Origin: Lingula anatina
Lineage: Eukaryota; Animalia; Brachiopoda
Length of the DNA: 64,000 nucleotides
Reading direction: 5' to 3'
Assembly (NCBI GenBank): GCA_051362555.1
Contig: CM120641.1
Coordinates: forward strand, 34,478,401 to 34,542,400
Shown here: piece after piece, positions 51,015-64,000 of the stretch
Numbering within the stretch: position 1 is the first letter of the stretch
Layout: every line of letters starts with the position of its first letter
The notes under the pieces: generated by a model
Database searches by the model: none
Seen by the model: the letters and a program-made list of their open reading frames with translations, nothing else
What the model was told of the DNA's origin: nothing
Translations under genes and position numbers: made by a program

Positions 51015-53318
51015 AGGAAAAAGATGACCTCTACCTAACAGAAGCAAATACCAAAAAGTTGCGGATTGGAACATATGCCATTTTAGCACAGCTTCCCAGT
51101 CGTAAGGCTTTTATCTCTGATCTGGGTACCTCTATGACAAGAAAAATGTTACGAAGAGACCAAGCCAAATCACACCCATACCCTATGAAAAAGAACAAGA
51201 TTGACCCCCGCCACCTGGGAAGGAATGTGGACAAATTTAGCAGCAAGAATCATCTGGTGGATATTGAATTGGGGGACTATCATGGTGGGGATGCAGCCAT
51301 GGATGAGAAAGAACAATACCATCAGAAGAAGCATATTAGAGATATGCCTACATCAATTGCCATGAAGAAAGTTATAAGGTAGGACTTCATGTTTTTCTTT
51401 ATTTATGTAGTATTTCGTAGTATGTGTATTCATTTATGCAGTAATCATGATGTGTTTTAACAGACAGTTTCATGGGATTAGAGACAGAAAAAAAATAGAC
51501 ACAAGCCTATAGGCAGGAATAGGGGAGTGGGGATAGGCCTTTTTTCTGGGAAAAGTTCTTCTCTGAAATAATCTGATCTAGATTTTTTTGTACAGAAGGC
51601 AAAATTTTGTAGTAAAAAGGCCAACATTTTTACAATTTCCCATTAGTTACCCATTCAACCACTAATTTACATGTACGTAGACTCTGGTAAAAGTACTCTA
51701 TTAAGACATATTTTTCGAACAATTTATGCCTCAATACCAACTTACCCTTCACACCCAATAAAAGTCATTTTTTAAACCTGGAGTAATTGCTGTAATAGTA
51801 GTACAATAAGACTTTGAATTGTTAGCATAAGCTACATGAAAAAGACAATGTCAGAAAAAAATGCGTAATAAATAATAGAGCATATAGATGCATGAAATAA
51901 TTTTAAAAAAGTTATGATTGTTAACATTATCCTCATTTCAGTAAGGGAATCAATTAGATCAATTATAACAACATGCTACTTCATTTGAAAATTTTCTTGG
52001 AAGTTTACATATTATAATTTGTATATGCAAGTTAACTACCAGTACAAGGTGGTTTATTTTGATGTATAGACAACTTGAATTTCTATCAGCCCATTGAAAA
52101 ATGTTTTCCATTAAAACTCTGGCATATTTTTACACCTTACTTCACTCATTTTACAAGAAACAATCAATACATCTACAAGATTCAATATTCATGCAATCTA
52201 AAAGTGCACCACTTAAACAACAGCAAAAAAGTTTGATAAAAAAGAAAATGTAAGTACATAACTGTTACAGCCTTCTTGGTGTGGTTAACAAATCTTTGAT
52301 AAACTGTTTAATTGAGGATATTTCAAGGAGCACAAATGTGTGGGTATATAGCTGTGTTATGCAAGGACCTCTGTGTAAAAAGTTCAAGAAATGAATTCAT
52401 ATATCTACAAAACCCATCCCTGTTGCTCCCCGATCCCCATCTATTTTTTAAAATATCATATCCACATATTTGAGTAATGCCTGTTTGCCTTTTCTTCTGA
52501 AATGAATTTTTGTGATTTTAAAATTTTTATATGCTTTGATTTGTCATAATAATTCAGCATAAATATGGTGAGATTAAGAAACTGAAGTAAGACTTTCCAG
52601 CAGTCTTGTAATACACCTGCAATTTTAATATGCATTTCAAGTTCACGTTCGCGTTCCTTGCGAAATACAACAGCTTTACTATTAGCTACAAAGCCACTAG
52701 ATAGAACATATAGCACAATATACTTGAAAACTAAGTTCAATACCAATGTGAAGTCTTAATGCGGTCAATACACAAACTTATAAGTACTTGAACACTTGGC
52801 AAAATATTGTGTACCCGTTGCTAGGTGCTTTGTTAAGCTGTATATTGTAGTCACATAAAGACATGCAGAGAAGGCTGAAATGGTAGACGTTATACCTGGC
52901 CTTTAGTATGAGCCGTAAGTGGGGCAAAGGATATTAGATTATATAGACGTGTACACAATACAACCCTATACCTGTAAAAAAAATCGCTTTAAAACCCCCT
53001 GCAAACAAACATTGGGTCTAAACATAGCTTGGGGAGGAAAAACATTTTTTATAAAGAAAGGTGTTTAAAAAAAGCATTATGAATCCTGGCTGTTGACATC
53101 ATTTAGGGTTGGCGTAACCGGAAACTCAATGTTTTTATTGTTCTCCAAAAAATGTCAAGATAAAAAAATCTTATGTTGACTCTGTGGTTGCATTACACTG
53201 CATTGTTAGAAAGCCTTTTATTCTTCCCTGCATTTTGACCTGTGTTGTAACACCTGTACTATAGGTCTATAGAGGAACTGGCAGTCTGCTGAAATTTTAC
53301 TAACCCAAAACTCGACAA

Positions 53319-53355
<37 letters not shown>

Positions 53356-55154
53356 TAAAATTATTTTTAGTAAACAACCAGTATGCACAATTAACTTATT
53401 TCCAAAAAGTATTGTTTGCAACAGAAAAAGTAAGTAAATTAAAAATGCAAAATAAAATTTAACCCGATTTCTGGTGGTCTTTTTCAAGTCTGGAGTATAC
53501 ATTCCTGTACATAATTTTTTCACAAAATTTTACTTGTTGTTTTAGTCCAGAAAAAATTTTAGAGTTTGTTCACCTGTCCTTGGCCTATTTTTTTTCTAAC
53601 ACATATTTCATTGTATATTCTGTCTATATTTGTTCCATACAGTGTTTCCTGATCTTTCCTTTTTTATAAGCAGCTTTATTTTTACCCGTATGCCGTCAAT
53701 AATATTTTACAATAAAAAAATGATAATAGATAAAGTACAGTAGGTTTATTTCAGTCAAGATTAATTTGATATTCAAAGTTGCTATTTTTTTCAACTCTTG
53801 ATCATTGTTTTCAAAAAGAATGAAAAATCCTGTTAAGTCTGAAAAGTCTATTTGAAAAGTCTATTTTTGTGGATTGCTATTAACTTGAGGCAATGTTAGA
53901 CATTGTCACTGAAGATACAATTTAAATCTTCACCTAGGAGGATCAATGTGTTACATCCCCTGTTATTTTCTATCTAATTGATAAAGTAACCCTTAATTAA
54001 ATAAAGAGATGTGAATTTAGCAAACCTCACTTCAAAAGTCAACTTGAAAAGAATTGGAAGTAATATTTGTTTTGTAGCTTGTGCTATGGAAATTTCATTC
54101 GCACTATTCTAGCTTTGACATTTGATGTCATACTTCATGTGTTAATAATGATCAATGGCACACAGTTAGGGCCAATTCCCTGTCCAGTTACTAGGAACCT
54201 GAAACCATTTTCACCCACTAAGGTTGTATGGATACAGAGGACCAGCCCACATAACGGGGCTATTATCACGGCTGGATGTCAATAAAGTAACTACCTGTGT
54301 ATAAGATGGGTTCAGTATTAACATTCAGGTAGACAAGCATGCAGTCAACAAAATAGATTAAAGATGTGGGTGGAAAAAAAGTGTCCTTATCAAGCTCTAG
54401 GATGAAATGGAACTTCACTTGGCTATAATTTAAACAAGATGCAGATATTGTAGTTGCCATCAAATGGAAAGACAAGTCAGTTGAAGAAAGCAGGACATAC
54501 TTGACTAACTATAACAATTAAGATGCGGTTATGGTAGTTGTTGACAGTTCGAAAGATAAGTCAGTGAATTGATTGCTGGTACCACTAATGGAAAGGTGAT
54601 ATGTAGTAATAGACTTTCGAAAGAGCATACAAAAACACCAATCAATTTCTTTTATCAGAAAGAAGTTTTGAATTTTATTGGCAACTGTGTTTGAACTGTG
54701 ATAAAGTAAAGGACAATTATGCATGTTGCAGTCTCTAGCGACGTAAAGTGTGTCAGACATATCTACAGATAAAAGAATTAAGCAGAATGATAAGACTTTA
54801 ACTGATTTGTTGGCAGCTGAAACATTTATTCATGTTTGACATGTCTGCGAGAGATACAGGTGTAGAAAAAACATATGAGTACATACTGGAAGAAAGATGC
54901 CTGCATACTTTTACATGGAAGATGAGAGAGGATCTTTATAACTACAAACAGCTACACAATACATTCACAGGCACTGGAAAAGTAACAGTGTGGGGTAGAT
55001 GGATTGAAATCAACCATTGACATCAAGTATACTAGATTTGGATCAGCAAGTAACACATTCACGTGTGATCAGCATTTTTTCAGTATTCTGTGGACCACTA
55101 GCATTTTTATTTACAATGCAAAACCATATTAATTGATTTGACTATTGCTCAGGA

Positions 55155-55194
<40 letters not shown>

Positions 55195-58100
55195 AACCTT
55201 TGTTTAGTTGGTGTTTTGGAATGATACAGAAAACCAATACAATTCCACAAATAAGCTGCACCAATATTGATTCTATGGGTTGTATAATCGAGGAAGAATC
55301 CATATAATTTGTCGCTAAGTAAGATTGCTCTTCGTTAGCACAATGCACTTTGGAACGGACAGAGAACTGGGCAGTGTATGTACCAGCATGTAGCTGATTT
55401 TTCTGCAACGATGGAAACAAAGTCAAAGAATAAAGTCTTCCCAGCACCACAAGGACATAAGGATGACTTGGTGTTGGAGGAGTGCAGCATTAATGGATCG
55501 GTTTCTAAACGAAGCACATGGCATTATGAGCGAAAGCGTAAGAAGAAAGAAATACCAGATCCTCAAGCATCGTCACTGTTTAAACCAAAACGTGGACGTA
55601 ATGAACGAAGGCAAAATATTCAGACCAGGAAAAGGTGGCTTAATTTCTTATCAAACTATCCAATATTTTCATTGGTATTTGTAAGTTATTTGTAATGAAA
55701 CTAAGATAATCAAAAGCATTTTTTTCAAAAGTATTTAGACATGAAACAGTATAGGGCATTTGAAAATGAATGCACTTAGTTTAAAAAAATGAAAATGGTC
55801 ATTTTTAATGGCAAATCTGAGAAATTAAAAAAGTATGGAAACTTCAACCAAAGCTAGGTCAGAAAGTTTGGACTGTCACCATGCACCTGGGCGAAGCGTG
55901 CAGAAGGAAATCAATAACTAAGTGATATTGATGATATAAGTTTGAAATAGTTTTCCCCTGGTTTGTGATTATTTATTCAACTGTGCAATACCCAGGGCTT
56001 GTGTTGTTAGTACATTAGAACTGAATTAGGTGCAATATTTCTTGTACACATACAAAACAGAAATGCTAAATTAATTAGACAGCTTATGTATTATAGATTT
56101 AGTTATTTTCCTTTCATTTAGTAAAAAAAAGATGATATAGCAATTTAAAGAAATGACTTAAATAGAATATGCCTATTACTGTCAGAAAATGACCACTCTC
56201 ACTTTTTAATGTTGAATATTATATAACTTCTCATCTAGATTAAACAAAACCCTCTGAGTTATGAAACCCTGCCCCAAATAACAGATGTACCATTTTGTAT
56301 TTAAAAAAGTGTAAAAAAATTATCTTAAAAAATTTAGTGTTTATTATCATCTCTGCAGGCCATGAAGTAAAAAATAAGAATTTATTTCATTTAATAACAT
56401 AAACACCTGCAAGCACGTTTGCTGAAAAAGGTGCCATGTGAGAGGCCGAAATATTGGAGAACAAATAACTTATTCTTTTTAAGTTTATTGTAACTTAAAC
56501 AACTGCATTGGGTGGTTAATAATAATAATAATAGTAATAATGCTTATTTATTTAGTTTTTTTTTTTTTTTTTTCGTGTGGACATCCATAAATGAGAGAAC
56601 TGCAGTTATGGTGGGATAAGGGTGCTTAGAAAAGTAGCTGTAGAGGAACGTGTCACTTGGATCCCATTCCCAGAGATTAGATCGATCTAACTAGATCGAC
56701 CTAACTACCTGGGGGTTCACGCTAAATAGCTGTCAGCCAAGCGGGCATGAAAGTTAATTACCCCCTTACAGCTTGTAGTAGGCAGGACGGACATTTAAGC
56801 CGGATTATCTGACAATAATCTAGTGAGACTCCACACGGGAATAAATGGATCTAAAATCTATGGGAATGTGCCCTTAGATGGTTTCTCAATGCAGCTGTGT
56901 TTCTGATTTGAAATGTGTTTGACTTAGAAATTTGGGGTATTTGTTTGTCCATAGACAGAGAAGTATTTGTGACAGTGATGCATTTTATTAAGTAATTCAG
57001 TTATAAATGGTATTAAGTAATTCAATTTATAATGGTTTATCTTCAGGGACAGACTAATGGCCAACAAGGTGTCCACTGTCACAGGCTGGGCTGGTTGGAA
57101 GTACCGAAGGAAGTTGGTAAGGCCATGATCAACAACGAATTCATTTATATATAGTCTAAATAGAATGAAATCAGTCTTGTTATACTTACAAAAAAATAAA
57201 ATAAAATAAATAAATAAATAAATAAATAAAAAATAAATAAATCTGTCCAAATGATTAAAATTTATTTTGCTTTCAAATTGCATTTTTGCCCACATATTAT
57301 ATTTTATTCGATATTTTGTTATCAAACATTTTTAGTAGGTATTTGCCATTTAGCCACCTACATGTATATCCAGTAATTAAAGTATACAATATTATGAATG
57401 ATATTATTTGTACAAAAAATCTGTTCTGAACTTTCATCCACATGCTTAATTGACAGAAATGAAAACAAAAAATAGCATTACATCTTTCTAACTTGAACAT
57501 TTCAGGCATACAACAAATTCAAGGTTTCTGCAAGGGAGTTTTTTGGTTATTTTGAAGTATGGGGCAGTTCTTTCAAGAAGATAGAAGGTAATAGTGTGAT
57601 GAAAAATTAAAATGGTCTAAACATTCATCCTGACATTTGTGTGAAATTGTGATTTTTACAAAGCAAGAAAAATATTCTTATGTAGACCAGCTGTGAATAA
57701 AATCTTAAAAGAGTTAAAATGCTCCAATCAGTCAGTTATTTAAAGAATTTTTAATCATTCAATCAACATTATTTTTAAACTGCACAGAATATGTTCCATC
57801 TTTTTTTTTATTAAACCTAAATTAATTCTTTATTTTTTCTGTTTTCCAGGGCATTTTGGATCTGGTATTTTGTCCTTTTTCACGTTCCTGAAGTGGCTAT
57901 TTTTCCTCAATATTTACCTGGCTGTGATAGTTTTCACCTTTGTCACTTTGCCACAGGTTATTTTCAACACCCAAAGTGCATATTTCACTGGGAATAGTTC
58001 CAACCTAGACACAGCTATAGCGCTCGCTAATAACTGCTCAGAACAATATACTGTGAATATTACCACAGATTGGAGATATCTCATTCTTGACTTCCTGCAA

Positions 58101-60773
58101 GGAACAGTAAGTTGTACATTTACTTCACAAAGTTGCTTTTTTTTCCACAATTTTAATCACATTAATTTTATAGGCCATTAGCCCATATTCATTGATAAAG
58201 TGTTGCCATAGACACTTATTTGAACAAGCAAACCTTTAAATAAATAAAGGAATTATTTGAAAATCTATAGTAATAAAAATTCTACAGGCAAAATTTCAAT
58301 GTCATCAAATTGGGTTTAGTTTATTGACTGACTGGTTGATTAATTGATTTAATCAATTGTATTTTCTTCAAAGGGCTGGATGGAGAAGACTGTACTGTTT
58401 ATGGGGAATTACACTACAACTTCACTGTATATAGGGAGTTTTGATGCAGTATCATACTCATACAACATGCCCCTGGCTTACCTGTGTGTGGTCGGAGCCT
58501 ACCTTGGACTCAGTCTCCTCATGCTAATGCATCAGTAAGTAAAATTGTGAATTTTACAGATACTGTATTTTTAAAATCATAATTTCTTGAAATTTGAACT
58601 TTTTTGTTAATTGGAAGCAACAAAATTTATAAGAAGGCTACTCTTTAGTTCTATTCCATGCAGCAAAAGCACCACAAATGCTTATAAAAAGATATTAGTT
58701 TTGTGATCATAAAATTATGCATCTGAAAGTTTGATAATTTTGCCCATTGAAAAGATTGAGTCATTGCCAAAACAATTATTATTATTATTATTATTATTAT
58801 CATTATTATTATTGTCATGCCAATTATGACCAGTTCTACAATATAACTTACATATCAAACTTGCTCGTAGTCTGTTTTGATATTGCCATGTCATGATCAA
58901 ACGATGTAATTTTTTGCACCTAAAAGCTTCCTGCCTTTTATCTTTTCCCCATGATTTCAAATGGTCCACAAAACATTTATAATCTCATGATATTGGTTCT
59001 CTCCCATTACAGCACTGGAAAAGGTTTAAGAGAGAGCATGGTTAACAGTGAAGATAAATATTTCCAGCATTGTAACAAAGTCTTTGGAGGTTGGGATTTC
59101 ACACTCATGGATGATAATGCAGCAGAATTACGTCACAAGAGTTTACATTTTGAAATCACTGTAAGGAACTCAACTGACAATTATAATTGCAATTTATAGT
59201 GTATATATATACACATTATAATTGGTGTAACAAAAAAAAAAAAAAAAAAAAAAAGAAAAGAAAAATACAAAATGTATAAGAGTATTTGATTGAAAACTTT
59301 TGCTAGTTTGAAGCCTATGTGATGATTCACAGGAGAGGTTAATATAACGTTAAGTAGAGCATAATTTATGGATTTTTGATATACAGTATCTCTTTCAAGT
59401 ATTCAAGTGTTTACCAAACTTACTGCATGTCTTAAAGGGCCATAATTTTTGCTATCTTTATTTTAGGCTGATTTACGAGAGGAACGTGATGCACATCGAA
59501 GGCAAAATCGGTCTGGCTGTAAAAGATTTGGGTTAGGTTTACTTCGCGTCTTTATCAATCTTTTTGTACTGGCAGTGCTGGGGGGTTCTGGATATCTCAT
59601 TTACTACGTGCAGGTCAAAGTCACAGAGGTAAGGGCAAAAGCAATCGGTTTAAATTTATTATATTTTTTAAAATGCAAAATAAATAATTATTTTCAATGT
59701 TTCATGAATTTGGTCAAAAAAATAGTTGTCCTTTTCCAGTTGGTAGTTGTATTATTTTGTAACTGATTACATTTAAAACTTGATATTACATCTTTCCTCT
59801 GTAAAATTGAGATATGCTCTTAATTTATAATTAGTAAATCCAAAATATTCAAGTGTACTGTTTCCAGTTCCATTCTGTTGCAGCACCTTTTTTTTTCTTA
59901 ATTTATTGACATACTGTTTTATATTAAAAGAAAGCTAGCAGTGATTGTTTAGCACAATATATGACTACATTTTATTTTCAGTTAATAACACATATTAAAC
60001 CCAGTGCTTTATCAACTGTGTAATATCACATTTTTTTCAAGCTTACTCAAGGCTTGGACTACAACACCTACGGGACATTTATCCAGCTTCTAATCCAGTT
60101 TACTCCCTCCACAACCATTACATTATTGAATGTCATTGTTCCATTCATGTTTGAGAAAGTGGTGAGTGGAGAAGACTATTCACCGATGTTTGAAGTACAA
60201 ATTACACTGGTTAGGTATGAATAGAACCGTTATTATTTTATTTTATTGCCCTGTGAAAATCATTAAACATGAATTTTTTAAAATTAATATTTCGGGAGCC
60301 AAAGGATATAGCAAAAGAGTGAATGTTTTAGTTGTTCCTTGATTGTCTCCCCAGAGTTGTTAACTTTTGGTTTCTTTGGCATTCCTTTAAAAGATTTATA
60401 ATTTTTTTTTTTTACAGTTAAAATTTTACTGTTTTCATTTATATATATATACATGTATATTAGTATTGAACATCTGATTCAGTCTTTTTTGCTTCTCTTC
60501 CAGAGTTGTGTTCCTGAAACTTGCCTCTCTGGCAGTACTTATAGCGACCATCTACATAGAAGTGACATGTGCCACCAAAGACACTTGCAATGTGGGCATT
60601 TCACCGTGCCCCTCTATAGAGGTGGGTCTTTAGTCTAGGAACGATGCTTGGTATAATGTTGGTCGCTCACCAATCTCTATCATTGTCTTTGTTGATTAAT
60701 ATTATACTGGTATGTAGTTCTGCAGCCTTTTTGAATTATGCATCTTTTAAACTAACATCATTATAATCATCAC

Positions 60774-60812
<39 letters not shown>

Positions 60813-63800
60813 TAATGTAGTATTTTGGATATCCTTCAAACTGCTATTTTCTTCATATCTTGTTTTTGTTCAATTTGAAATAAAACCAGACAATTATCTG
60901 TATATAATGGCTTCATTCTCGACAAAAAACATACTTTACAGCAATTTCGAAAGTAAAAATTGACAAAAAATACACAGCTTATTATCTTGACATCTACTCT
61001 TTAAGCACTTTTTTTATATTTATTCATTTACTTAATTATTCTTTTTTAACTTTCCAGTGTTGGGAGACCTATGTTGGCCAGCAGATATACAAGTTGGTTA
61101 TTATGGATATGATCGTAGTAACTTTCACAACTCTTCTCATAGAATTCCCAAGAAAGTAAGTTATGGATTTACATATGTATATCTGTAAGGAATAGTAGAA
61201 CTACTGGAATAAAGTCATAATAACTCTTCGTTTTGGCCAAAAATTTGATTTTCCTGGAAAAAACGGCAATTTTCCCGTCTTACCAATGGCCAACGACCCC
61301 ATTCCTGCATTCAAAGTTAATCCAGGGTTTTTTTCCTAAACGTACGGTTTTTTGTTAAAATCTCTTAAGAGATTTTAACCGACGGAGCTCTCTCTGACAT
61401 TGCAAAGTCACTGGTGACCTACTTAAAACCGCGGGAAAAGCAGACAACAACAACACTATATAAGATTCATGAGATATATTCGTCTTTTTGTTAAAAATGC
61501 ATTTATATCCACAATGTGTGCCATTCTGGGCTTTTCGTTATCCGACGTACTGTACAAAAACTCGCAACTTACGTCTGAGGGTTTCCCGCCATGTTATTTT
61601 GGTCTCGAATGAACGCGAGAATCCGCATGACACCATTACGTCATTAGCAACGAATGCACTTGTCGACCGGAAAAAAGGGATCGAAAGCCCTATTGACAAG
61701 CACAGATTTTAGTTTTCCTACAATAACGGCCGTTTTAGTGGTAAAATACAATAGAATATATTTCCATGCGTTGTTTACAATGTATTTCATGCGGATTTTT
61801 GAATCTCAAAGGAAGAGTTATTACTGCTTTAAAATCATTTGAATGAAGACGGAATAAACTTTGTACTGATTGGCTAGTACTGATTTTTGGATCACTAAAA
61901 AATGATGGTACCATATATGACAAAACACGCCAAGCAGTTTTGGTCAAAAAGTTGAGAAGGTTCATCAAAATTATCATCACATTTGCCATAAAAGTATTTC
62001 ATTATTTAAATATATATGTAAGATTATAAATGGAATAAGATACATTTTTAAAATTTTTCAGATTGATTGTGAGCAAGTGTTCCTGTGGATTGTCAGAAAG
62101 GATAGGCTTTCAAAAATTTGTCATCACACAAAATGTGCTTGACTTGGTGTATTCCCAGACTTTGTGCTGGTGAGTGAACTTTTTCTAGAATATTTTTTCA
62201 CAAAAATTATAAACCATAGTTTAGCATTCATAGCATTGCTCTGGAAAATGTTAAAGATTAAATGCTGCATTCATTTTCACATTGATGGTATTATTTTTGC
62301 TTTATAAAACCATATTTTCAGTTGAAAAAAGTTGCAGAAAATTATTATGTGCTGTGTCTGGTTTCATCTCTTTCTCACCCTGAAGACATTTCTCTAGGTT
62401 GTCAAATCATGAAGTAAGAAGTTTTTGACATTCTATTTCAGGTTGGGAGGGTTCTTCAGTCCCCTTATTCCAGCCCTCTACGTGATTAAGTATTTTATTT
62501 ACTTCTACCTCAAAAAGGTATGTTCTAAATGTCTAAATTAAAAACTTTTCCTATAATTGGCAACTACACTGATCATTCTTCAATAACATATTGTAATTGT
62601 AATCATTTTGTACCAGTGTTAAGTGGTAAATGCCAGACTGCATTAAGTGAATAATATTGTGAACATTTCAGGCGTCCCTGTTGGTTAACATGGAACCGCC
62701 TGACCGTCCATACAGAGCTTCCAAGTCCAATTCATTCTTTATGGTCATCCTGATGATTGCATTTGGACTCATCTGTTTACCTGTGGGCTGGTGTATTACT
62801 AAGTAAGATCTCTTGTTCAGTTCTCAACATTCTTTTCAAGTATAAAATTACATAACTTTAAAATATGATTCAAGTGTGAAAAAGGTTGTTGCCAAACTTT
62901 TAATATTTATATGTTGAAAATGAATATGTAGTCTCCATGATAGTAAATATGTCCACAGTATTTTAGGGATGCGTTGTCATCTTTTTTCATTTCAATTTAT
63001 TGATCTGCTCATCTTTTTATCTAAAAAATTGTTTTAAAAAAACATATTTAGGTAGATTTAACAACTATTTTTAAATGGGATGTGTATTTAAAGATACAAT
63101 TAGGACTAGAAAAGGGAGCAAAAAATAATCACAATTCCATAGTAAACTTCCGCATATTTGTATTCAAAAGTAGTTCTGAAATATGTCACTATATTGCATG
63201 TTTGATTCCCAACAATGTAGTAAGAATAAAATCTGTCTGTGATACATGTTGTAAAAAACCTCAAAAGTAATTTTTCTGTAATCTTTAAAACAAGTTGACT
63301 TTTTTTTCATTCCCAATTCTCATTTTTTAAAACTGTGGTATTTATTGCAGGCTAACTCCCTCCAAAGGATGTGGACCTTTCCGCATCTACAGCTACATGA
63401 TCGATGTGATCCCTCTGGCTATTTCCACATGGCCAACGTGGTTGCAAGAAGGCCTAAAATTCATCTCTTCAGCTGGATTTACAATCCCTGCCTTTATCAT
63501 TTTATTGTGAGTGTGCAAATCAGCCCTCAGCATCAATAAGTAAAATGTTAAGAATCAAATGTTCTATTACCTGGCAAAGCAGCGTTGTATACTCAAGTCT
63601 TAAAGTTTTAAGCTAGTTTTTATATACAACAGGCAATTTTCAAGATGTCTTAACACTAAGCATAGGCATGCTAATTTAATTTATTTTCCACATTTATGTA
63701 CATGTACTACTTCAAGTACCTGTTGCAGTGCTGTGTTGTAGTATTAAGTTAAACATTATCTCTACTCTGTCAGTAAATGATACTTTGGAGTGTTCTCTTT

Positions 63801-63958
63801 TAAAAGCACAAATGCTTAAGCTACAAAAATTTTAACATAATGTGTATGCATAAATAGCACCTTTTGTTTGCCATTTTAGGATTGTGATTTACTACTACCA
63901 TGCTTTGGCCTCAGCCAGAAAAGAGATGGTAAAACTGATGAAAGAACAACTTGCTTTG
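51015..63958 (+). CDS. TMC7: Transmembrane channel-like protein, TMC7-like; first coding exon uncertain, 3' end beyond the window
   Basis: Exons 51015-51378, 57047-57116, 57506-57587, 57850-58106, 58374-58534, 59013-59160, 59467-59628, 60042-60214, 60504-60621, 61058-61155, 62062-62169, 62442-62517, 62672-62802, 63351-63506 and 63880-63958 splice in frame. TMC motifs: KKIEGHFGSGILSFFTFLKWL, LQGTGWME, YNMPLAY, VFGGWDF, CWETYVGQQIYKL, NVLDLVYSQTLCW, YRASKSNSFF, PSKGCGPF. The family is certain; the paralogue label is less so. Confidence 0.9.
56660..56873. mobile_element. Harbinger-like MITE family 1 copy 3, TMC intron
   Basis: Co-linear with 3004-3215; flanks are TTG and TTA. Confidence 0.8.
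61213..61828. mobile_element. 616-bp longer relative of the Kolobok-like TTAA MITE, TMC intron
   Basis: ATAA|AGTCATAATAACTCTTCG ... GGAAGAGTTATTACTGCT|TTAA. Its first ~170 bp are homologous to the reverse complement of the right part of 38191-38523, including the palindrome GTTAAAATCTCTTAAGAGATTTTAAC. Confidence 0.8.
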
Positions 63959-64000
63959 GTGAGTGTATAGTACCAAAGTTTGCTTTTTCTTTAAGTTATA

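Overview
AT-rich, intron-dense genomic DNA from an animal, probably a marine invertebrate (inferred from gene structure and repeat types). By manual splicing at GT-AG sites I reconstructed five genes: (1) the 3' part of PPOX (+, 131-14169); (2) a two-exon UQCC4/C16orf91 (CCSMST1)-like mitochondrial protein gene (-, 19652-20919) that is absent from the ORF track; (3) a complete 32-coding-exon TOP3A (+, 21266-36707), head-to-head with the UQCC4-like gene, with an upstream in-frame mitochondrial-type start and three GRF zinc fingers; (4) an unrecognised 184-aa protein (-, 40787-41341) with a Cys/Asp/Gly-rich head and a PPxY tail; (5) a TMC7-like channel (+, 51015 to beyond the window end). The most striking non-coding structure is the 10-kb last PPOX intron. 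It holds a non-autonomous Helentron-type element carrying a 146-bp satellite, a second copy of the same family inserted into it, and a 2.1-kb TIR transposon inserted into that second copy. Also present are a second Helentron-like family, several MITE families (Harbinger-, Kolobok- and Sola-like) and a decayed Gypsy integrase. I saw no CRISPR array, rRNA or tRNA. All identifications rest on remembered motifs; no database search was run.
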